DNA from: Eledone cirrhosa
Lineage: Eukaryota
Reading direction: 5' to 3'
DNA length: 64,000 nucleotides
Assembly (NCBI GenBank): GCA_964016885.1
Contig: OZ024740.1
Location: 320,602,001 to 320,666,000, forward strand
Below are positions 11,701-23,200 of the stretch, in pieces. How positions within the stretch are numbered: the first letter of the stretch is position 1; the number at the start of each line of letters is the position of its first letter. The position numbers were made by a program, and so were the translations under genes. The notes beneath the pieces are model-generated. The model saw nothing but the letters and a program-made list of their open reading frames with translations, made no database searches and was not told the DNA's origin.

Positions 11701-14700
11701 TCATTCCACTGTAAAGTGGACATGTAGACGCCACGGAAAAAAAAGCACCCAGCACTCACTGTAAATGAGGTTGGTGTTAGGAAGGGCATCCAGCTGTAGA
11801 AATCAAGCCAGAATCGGTTCCCGTCACACCCTTGCAAGCAGGGAAAAGCGGACATAAAATGAAATGAATGATTGTAAATTTTGTTTCTTTGTTTCAGATG
11901 TTCAATTCTGACTGCTAGTGCTTATGTATCTCTTTGTCTCAACGACCATCTCATTGCTCTAAATTACGCCAACAGTTTACTCTCCCAACCACGTCTTTCT
12001 GGAGCACAGAGGTAACTTAATTTCCTTTATTTGCTTTCTAATTTAACTTTAACATCATTTGAATACATTATCTTTTTGAGAAGTTTTTCTTGTTTGTCGT
12101 TTGTCATGGGTTTGTTTTTTGTTGTGTTGTTTTTTGTAGTTTTTATTTTCCATATTTAGTGTTCTCAAGAGAAAGGAAAGGAATTGGTAGTTGTTGGAGT
12201 AGCTGTTGTCTTGCAATATTTGTTCTGGCTCTGCACTCTGAGTTCAAATCTTACCATGATCAACTTTGCCTTTCATCATCATCATCATCATCCTCATCAT
12301 TTAGCATCCATTCTCCCTGCTTTCAGGATTTGGGCAGGTGCTCACAGATCAAGCCAGTTCTCAAGCAGAACTTGTGTAGCCATAACTTGCATTGAAAAAA
12401 ATAAGTATCTGTTTAATATTCTGTATTGCCTTGCAGATATCTTGCACATTTATATGCATCTGAAGCATTAGTACATCTGGACAGAATAGCGGATGCCATC
12501 CAACACCTTAACCCTGAGTACAGTATGGATGTCAGTGTTTGTTCACAGGAACAGAAATCGGACCAAGGTATTATCTTTTTCCTATTGATTACTTTCTGTA
12601 TCTGCTTCAGTCATATCTATCACTTCACCCAGATTGTCACCAGAGATCTTATTATATATACTAGCAGAAAACCACCCTTCGGGTGGTTTTCTGCTAGTAT
12701 GTGTAGTGTGTATATTGATATTATACGCAGGTATATATACATGTAGATATGATACATCAAATAAAATCGTAATTGACAATATATAATACATAGAAATTGA
12801 ACGAAGACGTTGTTACACTGTCTTATGTAATCAGTAATGTAATCCATGATACATTAAAAAAAAACGATATTATATATTAGGAGAAAATTAGTATGTTTAT
12901 TTAAGCGATCGCCACCGGAAGTGTTGACATTTCAGAAATTTTAAAGAAGTGAATCTTTAAATAAACAAAATATATTTAATCAATAGCCACGAAATTTAGT
13001 AGATAAATTATGTAATATTCATTCATTATTTATTCAAAGGGCGGTGGATTGGCAGTATCGGTAGAGGGTCGGACGCCATGCTTTCCAGCGTAGTTACGTC
13101 CCTTTACGATCTGAGTTCAAATCCCGCCGAGGTTGACTTTGCCTTTCATCCTTACGGGGTCGATAAAATAAAGTACCAGTAATGCACATCGGTAATTGCT
13201 GGCCTTATGCCTAAAGTAGAAACAATTATTTATTCAAAGTAATCCAACTTATTTTACAAACGGGATAAAAAAAATAAACCGTACGCAATCCCGCAGACCT
13301 TCCTTTATTATAGTTTAGATTTGATACTTTTTCACTAAAACAGAATCCTCTTCTATATCATATTGAATATTAAGTTATAAAAAAGATATTTGTAAAATGT
13401 TGGATAAAACTGCTGTTACAAATTTTAATTTTGTTAATAAAAGTATCTAAATTCATACAAGACATCCCACTCATGCTAGTATGGAGAAAAACATGCCAAA
13501 CAGAAAATATATGTAAATAAGACCATTATTGCTCCAATCAGTCTACTAAACCCTTAGCAAATACCCTAAACTGAATGCCAATCTGTACACATGACTCCTG
13601 CCAAACAAATCGTACTTACCTTCCAAATTAAGCAGTTCAAATGTGGACCACTCATCTTCCCAAACTTGACTTACGCAACTGGACCACAATAGCCACATAA
13701 TGGCTAATATATATATCATTTAACATTCATTTTCCCTGCTGGCAAGGGTTGGACGGGTCATCACAGACTGAGTCAGTACTTAAGCAGAGTTACTGACCAC
13801 TCAGATGGACCAGAGACCTGCATCTCACTTATGTTCCTGCACTCTACTGAATGTATTTTAACATAGCACTAGCACTAGGGAGGTGCATGTGCTTTTACTC
13901 CAGAATGCCCTCGTGAAGTGATCTAGGAAGTATTAATAATAATAATAATGAAAATTATTCTATACAGTGCTCAGGTGCATGTATAGTACATACATGTGTG
14001 CATATGTATGGATGAAGCATACAAAATAATTTAATATTCCTAAGGAGCTCTACAGCTCGTGTGCTTCATATAATTGATCTAACTATCAACTAATAATCTT
14101 GTGTTATGTATAATCTGACCAATGCCATTTGTTTTGATAGATAAAAATGATAAAATGGACAAAAGTGATCTGGCAGACACTACTGAAACTAAAGGTAAGA
14201 CCTTTATAGCTTTTTATTTACTCTTTTGATACCAACTCACCTGAGACTAAAGACAGTAAATTGGCAAAGTCATTACAATGTCAGATAGAATGCTTTGCTA
14301 TATTAGTTCCATCTCTCTGTGACCTGAATTCAAATCTTGCTGAGGTCAACTTTGCCTTTCATTCTTTTGAGGTTGATAAATAAAATACCAGTCAAGTACT
14401 AGGGTTGAGTCTTCCTATATATTTCTTTCTCACTTCTTCTCTCTCACACTCTTTCTCGAGAAGGAAACAGCTGTGTTCAAGCCTAATGGGCTCCACCAGA
14501 TTTAAAATGCTAAAGACATTGTATGTCATGACTATGCCCTTATGTCTCCATCAGGAGTTACATCACCTGAGACTACCTCTGGTTCTTTTCATATAAACCA
14601 CCTAATTTAAAGAGACCATATTTAAATTACAACCTTCCATCATAATTTTTTGTAAGAACCTTCTCTTAAGTTATGACTCAAACACCAGCTTAATCCAATT

Positions 14701-16948
14701 AATGTAAAGCTTAGCTTACTAAATCTTTCCAAATTCTTTGTTGCTTTTAAAAATTAATTGAAACATAAACAATTTGTTAGAAATATGGTCACAAAACAGC
14801 TAATCCCTCCCTCCACCTGCCTTTTATATATGTATGTATTAATTAACGATAGACGTTAAATGATGATGATGATGATAATTAACATAACATCTTTTACAGG
14901 AGCCTTAGTGTCATGGACGCCTGCAAAACCACAGAAAGCTCAAGCTGTGTTGTTGTACAACCTTGCAGCAACATTAGCTATTAGAGGGGAATATAGCAAA
15001 GCTCTAAAACATTTAGGAGAGGTAAAATAAAATATTTTTGTATTTTTTAATATGATTGAATATGATGTAACTATTTCATGTATGCATATTTTATCTAGCA
15101 GTACATGTTATAATTTATACAACTATGTGTAGCAGTATTTATACTTGTTTCCAATAACTGCAAAACTAGACAGACTTGAGTAGTTTATTTTGAATATTTT
15201 CTTATATGATTAATAGCAGTCTTGAAAGAAAATCAATGACAATCTGTCTCCATTAAACTTTTATATTTCTTTACTGTTACAGAGTAGTAAATTGATATGC
15301 CAGCCATTCCCAGCCCAGATGTACTGCCTGAAGCTCTATCTTGATCTCATTGAAGGTAAAACACATTACAAAATATTGAAACAAACAGAAATAAACCTAG
15401 ATTAACTTTGTAGATGTTGTTCAGCCATGATTAAGCAAATGTATGATCAAAGGCATTCTAGCTGTGACCATCTTGTCTCTATATATATCAGGGACCATAT
15501 TGTCTCATGTAATTGTCATTGTTTAAGCTGGTAGTATATGAATTGAAAGAGATTTTGGTGCTATTTCTAGCAGGACAAGCAACTATGTAGAGTTTCCCTC
15601 ACTGGCTCATCCTTGTGTTTTAGAGGTCAATTAGTGTATTACTGAAAGGCAATAGTTTATTGATACACAGCCATATCATCATCATTGTTAAACATCCATT
15701 TTCCACGCTAACATGGCTGTCCCATTGTGAGAGATCCAGGTCGAAGGACCACGTTTCGTTCGCAAGGAACTGATTTTAGCTTGGTTTTTATGGCTGGATG
15801 CCTTTCCTAATGCCAAATACAAAAATATAATTCTATTCAAGATTTAATGAAAAATGTAACCAGTTGTAAATTTGAAAAATGATTGTGCCCAATATACATA
15901 TTTGAAATTTGAATATATATAATTAGCTAACTTGCATAGTTAGATGTTGAACTGGATGTTCTAAAATATACAGCTAAGCATGAGTAACCAGCATACCAAT
16001 TTACAGAACTTAAGAGATTTTCATTTACACATATTAGCTGAACACAGTAATTTTTCAGCAGAGGAAATATTTGCTGCAAACTGCATTTCTAAGAACCAGT
16101 TGTACAAATAGACAATGAATTACATATTTGATTTGTTTATGAACTAAAAATCATTTAAAAAGTGTGATACCTGATGTATTTTTAAGTTAGTTTACGTACC
16201 AAAGTTTTAAATAGTGGTTTAAAATCACAATAACATTTTTAGACAAATTGTATTTTATGGCAGGTTTTAGATTATTTTGAAAGAACTTTACATCATGGCA
16301 ATTCCAAAATATGTTACCCGATATAAATATTTTTCACTAAATGAATATCGGTTGCCAAGATCTTAAAAATCCAACCAGTTTCAGACATGTCCTTTATGTT
16401 TAGATTTTTGGTATATTATACCTAGTAATTGTAAAGGCATGTGGCCTAGTGGTTAAGGTGCTGGACTTAGAATCATAATGTCGTGGGTTCAATTCCTGGA
16501 CCTAATGGCAGGTTATATTCTTGAGCTAAACACTTCATATCACATTGCTCCCGTATACTCAACAGAAAATGAGTACCAGCAGCGGCTGGGAATTAACCCT
16601 GCACTGAACTGGCGTCCTCTCCAGGGGAAGTCTTGTACTTTGTCACTTAACACTGATGAATAATGAAATCAGGGATAAACACCAGCCAGATGAGCCTGGT
16701 AGTTTCAGGGGGGTTTTAACCTTTAATATCTAGTAATTAGGTTATTGTTTCTAATGATTATGTTCATTTGATATGAATATTGAAACTAGATTAATTTTTG
16801 TTTCCTAAATTTGTTTGTGTCTTTCTTAGGCCGTCGAGCGACTGCCCAGTATATTATCAAAGAATCCTTTGGTCATCTGACTCCCAACCGAGTGGATCTA
16901 TTAATGATGAACAAGAAAAGCTTATCAACTGACCAATTACTGCCATGA
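1455..16948 (+). CDS. CNOT10: CCR4-NOT transcription complex subunit 10, 3' portion; 5' exons lie upstream of the window. Exons: 1455-1716, 6839-7035, 8168-8283, 8425-8547, 9885-9956, 11898-12011, 12437-12567, 14141-14194, 14900-15021, 15283-15355, 16830-16948 (TGA)
   Basis: AG/GT-bounded exons join in phase. The translation contains CNOT10-type TPR segments: [21 protein letters not shown]...[23 protein letters not shown]...[57 protein letters not shown]. Confidence 0.92.
2109..5625 (-). mobile_element. RTE-clade LINE, near full length but 5'-truncated, in a CNOT10 intron
   Basis: 991-aa ORF, about 390-nt 3' UTR and a (GAT)n tail; the 5' end abuts a (TA)n tract. Confidence 0.93.
2498..5473 (-). 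CDS. RTE polyprotein: APE endonuclease, reverse transcriptase and PHD-type zinc finger
   Basis: APE motifs IQET, AYAP, GDLN, VDYIL, SQH; RT motifs [32 protein letters not shown]; C4HC3 finger; RTE C-terminus RRLRWYGHV...GRPRKTW. Confidence 0.93.
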   Translation of the reverse strand: MLERKEVDVCCIQETRWRGGSARFIEGKKRCYKLFWVGNDDGLGGVGIMVAEKWADKIIDVNRVNDRIIKIRLVLNRTTVTVISAYAPQSGLPGTIKDRFYETLMLTTSQISDSDYIIIAGDLNGHVGQHCDGYDKIHGGYGFGTRNEEGSRILEFCDANNLTICNTNFKKRDNHLITYRSGEHTSQVDYILTRRRDRVSVVNTKSLPHEECTSQHRLIISDLIVRTRRTRQQKRTILRRKIWKLKDPTARNKFQSILLDAFDSKEEHLESDNIEGEWEFLKANLLLATDEVCGWSRPVGRRRVTWWWNSKVEGSIKAKKQAWKVWRDGGSREDYQVARREARRQVYLARREAEERKFKHVLQRDDQKREVFRIARQCVKENRDIVGEKCVLNDDGTLAITDADKKVAWKCHYERLLNEENKWEKDSLPHIDPIEGPAVLVEGSIISKAIKDMKTGKAAGPSEIVAEMLKASGTVGHTMVTRIVNQVVQNGVVPKDWHSSIIVNCYKGKGDALDRSNYRGIKLIDQVMKVTEKVIAQLIRERIDLDEIQFGFVSGKSTTDALFIVRQLQEKYLAKGKPLYLAFVDLEKAFDRVPRSIIWWALRKLGVDEWLVRAIQAMYKETVSKVRINNEYSEEFSVKVGVHQGSVLSPLLFIIALQAITEEFKTGCPWELLYADDLTLIAESMAELEKKFQTWKHGLESKGLKINLAKTKVLVCRKENKAAVPSGKWSCSVCRKGVGRNSILCPKCKVWVHKRCSGITGKLTKNIDFTCGRCSGAISSSKCPQNTSSFNCAEGSIEIVDSFRYLGDKISSGGGCSESTVARVRTGWKKFRELIPLLAAKGFSLKMKGRLYDACIRTAMLHGSETWALCAEDIRRLERNEACMLRWMCNSNIRERQSINELRKKLEIRRIRCCLLERRLRWYGHVMRMKVDSCITKCRAIKIDGSHGIGRPRKTWDELINSDITHLHLSKTMSLDRDLWRYSVTEKTRLT
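5770..5966 (+). mobile_element. Isolated 3' tail of the same RTE family, inverted relative to the 2109-5625 copy
   Basis: Near reverse complement of 2109-2303; ends in (GAT)n. Confidence 0.85.
6118..6350 (+). mobile_element. 3' fragment of a second RTE subfamily
   Basis: Reads [36 protein letters not shown]...REKWT*, directly followed by (ATG)n. Confidence 0.8.
7450..7765 (+). mobile_element. Degenerate L1/Tx1-like endonuclease fragment
   Basis: [14 protein letters not shown]...YRLVAVYA followed by broken APE-like motifs. Confidence 0.45.
9223..9545 (+). mobile_element. tRNA-derived SINE with the same head and core as 11538 but a different tail; relatives at ~16436-16725 (+), ~29770-29995 (-), ~45540-45770 (-)
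   Basis: Shared head and core (CCTTGAGCA.GACACTTTATTTCAC.TTGCTCCAG). Confidence 0.75.
10766..11162 (+). mobile_element. Possible Helitron-type element with internal tandem repeats
   Basis: A|TCTATATTATAATAAAA start, (TCTG)n, ~130-bp internal repeats and a CTAG|T end; no clear hairpin. Confidence 0.45.
11538..11872 (+). mobile_element. SINE with a tRNA-derived head and an RTE-type tail
   Basis: A box TGGCTTAGTGG and B box GTTCAATTC. The 3' part matches the RTE 3' UTR (CACTGTAAATG.GGTTGGTGTTAGGAAGGGCATCCAGCTGTAGAAA). Confidence 0.8.
12661..13319 (-). mobile_element. Non-autonomous Helitron-type element containing a nested SINE
   Basis: A|TC...hairpin...CTAG|T termini on the minus strand. Confidence 0.65.
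13037..13230 (+). mobile_element. Second SINE family; copies at ~14250-14410, ~17650-17800, ~25795-26015 (+) and ~43675-43850, ~60737-60920, ~62069-62185 (-)
   Basis: B box GTTCAAATCC followed by the conserved core CTTTGCCTTTCATCCTTACGGGGTCGATAAAATAAAGTACCAGT. Confidence 0.8.
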
Positions 16949-17552
16949 GATCTTGCCCCTGTGAGTGATTGCTGTGAAAACTTTAAAAAACCTGTTCAGT
17001 CTTCGGAAGACCTCAGCATTCTTTAAATGACCATTGTATTGTACAAAGGCCATTGGTCAACACCTTTTTCTCTTCTGAGTCTCAAAGGTCACTTGCCATC
17101 TCTGTCTCTTGAAACCTTAAATTGAGGAACATCTGAAAATTGACAGTTTTGGGCCCTTAGCTGCTGTCTCTGATAAATGAATTACATTCATTAGAAAGAA
17201 AAAAAAATCACACCAAACTGTTATTCATTGTTTGTCTCTTTCTTTCAGTCCAGCATCTGTAGCACAGTGGAAGTGAATAGAATGGAAGCTGAGTAACCAG
17301 TTACACTTTCATTATGTCACATACTCTTTTGCTGTGGGACCACCCACATCTAGCTCTCTTCTTTCTCCAGCATTTCCTATCTCTGTCTTCTAACAGATTC
17401 TACCTCTTTCTGCAAGCATTTTCAGAATTTTCTCACTGGAAATTCACTCTAATATAAAATGGATAGAGTTTCAATTATTGATGAAACTAAATGACACATT
17501 CCCCACCCCCATTTTGAATGAATGTTTGTGTGCAGTTATTAGCTTGGACTGG

Positions 17553-17573
17553 AATAAAATTGTTTAAAATAAA
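17553..17573 (+). promoter_or_regulatory. Candidate poly(A) signals (two AATAAA) for CNOT10
   Basis: Two AATAAA about 600 nt after the stop codon, followed by T/GT-rich sequence. Confidence 0.5.
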
Positions 17574-18815
17574 GTGTTTTTCAGTATCCTTGGATTTTAT
17601 GATTCTTTTGATTTATTTAGATTCCCAGAATAACTTGCTTTACTTTTTCATTGAGTTCAAATCCCGCCAAAGTTAGCTTTGCCTTTCATCCTTATGGGGT
17701 CAATAAAATAAAGTACCACTCATGCACTGGGTCGATTTAATTGACTTTCCCCTCCCCCAAAATTGCTGACTTTTTACCTAAATCAGAAACCATTATTTTA
17801 CATTTTGCCATCTCAAATTTGAACATTCTCATTATTGGATCGTGATTTCATAGCTGTTGGTTACTCTTTCTACTCACATGTGAAGAAGTAATAACTTGTC
17901 AGCTAAGCCAAAAAAAAGATATATATATATAATCATCATTTAATGTCCACTTTCCCTGCTAGCAAGGGTCTTTACTCAAGTGGGGCTACTGAACTCCCAG
18001 ACAGGCTGGAAGGTTCGCCTCATGCTTACATACGGTTCTACCAAGTGCATTTTATCATCACACCAGAACTAGAGAGGTTGTCATGTTTTTGATACAATTA
18101 AAGGGTCCTCCCAACCCTTTGTTTGGTAAGCTTTCTACAGCTGAGGAAAAGTTGACCTCTGGGATTCAAACTGAAATGTAAAAAGCCAGAAGAAATAACA
18201 CAATGGCATTTTATCCAATGCTCTACAAACTCTTCCAATTCAATACTATTTAAAAACAATACTTTAGATTTGTGATTAAGCTGTTACATCCACCTATAAA
18301 TACTATCTAGCTTTTATAAATCTTGTTCCGAATTAGTATATCATCAAACAACAAAGTTAGACCAAGACATTAAATGATGATGATGATTGTTTTCCCTGCT
18401 AGCAAGAGTTGGATGGGTCATCACAGACAGTCAGGATTCATGTGGTGCGACTGACTTTTCAGATGGGCCGGAGGCCTGCATTTTGCTTACATACATTCCT
18501 GCACTCTGTAGGGTGTTGAAACAGGTCAGGGACCCGCATCTTACTTACATATTTTACTATGGCACCAGCGCTAAGAAGGTTATCATGTCTGCAACAATTG
18601 AAAAGTCCACCCAACCCTTTCTTTGGCAGGTTTTCTACAGCTGAATGCCTTTTGCAGAGTGTATTGGGTGCATTTATCATGTAGATCACGAGCACTAGAG
18701 AGGTTGTCTTGTCTTTGACACAACTAAATTTATCCTCCAGGCTTTATTTACTTGACTGTATAATTGTTTCTACTTTAGGCATAAGGCTAACAATTTTTAG
18801 GGAAGGGGGAAGACA

Positions 18816-19762
18816 ATTTTGGAAGGAAAAATCCAGCGTCCACATACTCCCTCCACAACACTGACATCAAAAAGTCCTCTTGTGAACGTGACCTGGGCAT
18901 TACTGTCAGCAACGATTTGCGTTGGACAAAGCATGTCTCTAAGATTGTCAAGAAGGCCGAGGGTGTCTTGGCATCACTCAGCAAGACCTTTGTTAGCCGC
19001 TCTCCAGCCATCTATTTAAAACTGTATACAGCTATGGTGCGACCACACTTGGAATTCGCATCATCAGTCTGGAACCCCTATCTTGCTCGGAACATTGACC
19101 TCCTGGAAACTGTTCAGAGACGTGCAACCAAGCGCATACCCTCCATCAGACACCTACCATACTCTGAACGCCTTGCTTCCCTGGGCATGGATTCATTGAA
19201 GCTCCGACGTCTGGCAATGGACTTGGTGAATACCCACAAAGTTTTTAACCATCTCGCCAACTGCAACCCTGAGCGCCTCTTTGATCTCCATGTGTCTAAC
19301 ACACGTGGACATGCCTACAAGATAAGAAAACAGCACAGCTCCCATGACTTTCGCAGACATTTTTTCACGCTCAGAGTTGCTGAAGCATGGAACAAACTGC
19401 CTGCGTCAATTGTTAGCTGCCGAGACACTGCATCCTTTAAGACACTCATGCTTCCCAAAATACGCCAAAACTACACCTGATGTACCCCTTCCATACACAT
19501 GCACACGTGTGTATCATGACTCGTGCACTGTTCATTTTACTGATGTTTGTGCATTGCCCTATGTACTGTACATGCACTTTTTTGATGAGTTGTGGTGCAC
19601 CTGGGCACTGTGCACAATATTTTGTTATTGTTATTATATCATGACTCATACACTGTTTATTTTCCTGACATTTGTACATTATTCTATGTACTATACATGC
19701 ACCTTTGATGAGTTGTAGTGCACCTGAGCACTGTACACAATAATTTCATTATTATTATTATT
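18816..19762 (+). mobile_element. Shorter, near-identical CR1 copy inserted into a minus-strand SINE
   Basis: Matches 32016-32963 with few substitutions in the coding part. SINE sequence lies on both sides (~18760-18815 and ~19763-19832). Confidence 0.9.
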
Positions 19763-20282
19763 AATTAAATCGACCCCATTACTTACTGATGCTTTATTTT
19801 ATTGATCCCGTAAGGATAAAAGGCAAAGCTAATTAACAAGTATAGTGGTGAGTATTGAAAAGATGGAAGTTTCTAGCAACTGGAACACAGTTAAGTTTTA
19901 TACTCCCAATACCTTTGGCAAAAGATATATCCTTCATATATATTCTGGTTGTTTCCTCATCATTATCATCACTGTTTAACTTCTATTTTCCATTCTTGCA
20001 TGGTTCAGAGGCTAGACAGGTCAGGTGACCTCATCTTCCTCATGTTCCATCTTTGGCTTGGCTTCTAGGGCTGGCCACCCTTCCTAATGCTAACTTATTT
20101 TTTAAATATCCCCAAATGTTCATCAAATGATGGAGTAAACAAAATCAGCAAAAATGTATATGTATAATGATATGTATTAGTTTATTAAATATGTACTCTT
20201 TAATGACAGCTTTAATTCCAGAAATATTTAATAGTGTTGACTGAAAAGAAACAAATTCAGTCTCAGTAAATTCTACTTGGAA

Positions 20283-23200
20283 TTATTTGTTGGAATTTAC
20301 AGAATCTTCATTTTCAAAGGTCTCTTTCTTAGATAAATCTATGTTAGTTTGTTGACTTGAATCTTCATCTGCAGTAGAGTGATCTGTTACAGATTCATCA
20401 GCCTCTGGATTAACAGGTTGTGAATTATCAGACTGTAGTTTACGGTTTTCTCCTTCTGTCTCACTGTATGATGACGACTCATCAGCAGCTCCCCACTCAC
20501 TACCAGGTGTCATAGGTGTTAAAAGGTCAACATCTGAAGGAGAAGTAATATCCCCTGCTACATTAGAGGAGAAGGATATGCCAAGAAGTCCCTTCTCACT
20601 ACTACAAGGTGTTACTTCGGTAGATGCCAAAAATGCTGCCAGACCAGATTCGTCTTGTTCCAGTGTAATATCACCAAGATCCAGGTTCTTAGCTCCTTCA
20701 CCATTTGGAAGTCCTGAAAATAAAGTCATTCTTCATATGAAAGTATTTTACTTTTAACTGGTCAGAAGGTAAATCAACTGTGGGAGGGTACAATTAATCA
20801 AACCTATTCTAGTAATCTTTTAACTAAGCAGAAGGTAATCAAACCTATTCTTAGAAGGATGAAAAGCAAAACTTATCCCAGAGGAATTTCAGTTGAAAAT
20901 TAAAAATACTAAAGCAAGCAGAGTTCTGTCTTGGCTATCTATATTTCCTTATTATATTAAGATCTAGAACTAAAATCTAAAGAAAAAGCAGAGCTACTCT
21001 AGCTTCAGTTTTAACATGTTAGTTTTAAATTCCATTAACTAATCAGTAAATCATTTAATGTCCATCTTCCCTGCTAACTAAGGTTGGACAGGTCTTCACA
21101 GTCAGTACTCAAGTGGAGCTACTACATCATGCTTACATATGTTCCCACACTTTATCATCTGCATTTTATCTTGTAGATCACCAGCACTAGGGAGGTTGTC
21201 ATATCTTTGACAGCATTATTGGTACAGAAGAAGGAGAATTGTCCAGTTGATTGACTCTTTTGAAGGAGAAGAAAGTGTGTGGTTCCAACAGGGCAACATT
21301 TTTTTTTGTGGAACCATATTCTGAATGGAATGCAAATGGTTCTATTACATGAGCTTGAGGCATTGTCCTCATTGTCAAAATCTACCCAGAACATTCAAAT
21401 CACAAGTTAATTTAAGTTAAGGGGAGAAAGAGAGAATAATTGAAGATTGTATTTCAATGAAAATGTGTGATAGGGAGAGAGTTAAAAAGACAGTGGTAAT
21501 GTAACGGAAAAAACTAAGTTAAGAACAAGCTGGCAAAGTAACAAATAGGGCAAAATTTCAACAAAAGAGAGCAGATGATAGATCATCAATATGTGTTTCA
21601 GTTGCAGGTAAATTATTTGAGGAACAAAATATCTATTAATTCTTAAAAGAGTAAACAGAATTTTGTTTGATGGAAGAGGAAAAAAGTGAAAAGATTAAAG
21701 AGGGCGTGAGAGAGAGAGTGGTGGAAGTTCTATCACTGCTAGGTTATATGTATGCAGCAGAGAATTGAAGCTGTTGAAGAAGTCAATAGGATACATACTG
21801 TTCATATATCCATGAGTACGATAGTAATCTAAATCATTTTGGAATGCTTCTTCAAATGTTTCTGATCTTTCACGCAGTACATCTTCATCTTGTTTTTTCT
21901 TTTTTTCAGATTGGACAGCATGTTCTATATTCTTTTGGGCTGAAACAACAAATAATAGTTACTGTCTTACAACAGTATTTCATTCAATTAGGTGTTAGAA
22001 AAATACTTTTTAACCCAATAGACACTAAACTGCCTCAGGTTCTATTATACAGAACTGATTAGTTTAAAGTGTTTACATTTATCTAAAGACCTATCATAAT
22101 TTTATGTCAAACCTTTTTTTAAATTATGACCAAACACCAGCTTAATAACGAGCCAGGCAGTTATACTACTATATCCCTTCAAATTCAGCCATGAAGCAGA
22201 CATATCACAGGCATTCCTGCCACGATCATACTATTGTTCAATGTGTCCTTCTTTTATAAAGACAGTTGGGTGTGATCTGAGCAAAATTTGGTTGCTATTT
22301 TTAGTAGGTCAAGTATTTTAAGAAATAAATAATTGTCAACTTTTCACTTCTAACAAATAAATTTTATAAATAAGTAATTGGAATTATAGAGTGTTTCCTT
22401 CATTAGGCTAGGGAAAATAAACAGAGCCTTTAGGTCCTGATACATTGAAATATAGAGGAGCAAAACTGGTTCATATTTTTTTTCTTTCTCTTCCTGTTTA
22501 TTATGTGAAATATTTACTTTCTATATCAACACATCTCTTTTAATGAAATTTTGCAGATATTACTAACGTCTCCTTAGCTGTGTAAACAACTTGTTTCTGC
22601 TTTGATAGCAAACAATGAAAATTATATATCAATGTAGGTCTTTTTACACCATGCGTTTACAGTAGATTATATTATTTCAATGGGTTAGTAAAGTTAGGTA
22701 TGGCTACTGTTCAGCTTGAATTGCCCCAAGTTGGTTGTTGTACTAGAGAGAAGGAAGGCAATTATAGAGGAAAAAAAGGTTCTATGTAAGAATGGCTGGG
22801 GAAGATGTAGTAGTAGAGTATCTAAAATTTAAGACAGAATAGGAAAAAAGAAATAAATTATGTTAGTTTAGATACAAGTTATTTCAGAGGACTATTTATT
22901 GTAGTGAAATAAGGAGAAAGACTGCATGCTAATATACCAATGGCTGAAGAGTGTGAAGTAAAGATTTAACTACGAAGAGACTAAAAATTTCTTCAATATG
23001 TTTGGGAAATGAGACACTGCAGAATAAATGTCTTTAAATATATTTTTACAAGAAAAATACAAAACATTTAAATACTGTTTTGAATAGTAAAATCAAAAAA
23101 ATGTTCAATATTACCAGCTAATCGTTTCAGTTCTTCCTCTTTCTTTTTCTTATAATTATTGAGTTGTTCTGTGTGTGAAGACATATGATATTTCAGTTCC

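Noticed and set aside
22568-22596. Possible extra dysbindin micro-exon
   Set aside because: The flanking exons already join in phase. The candidate 10- or 29-nt exons would shift the frame.
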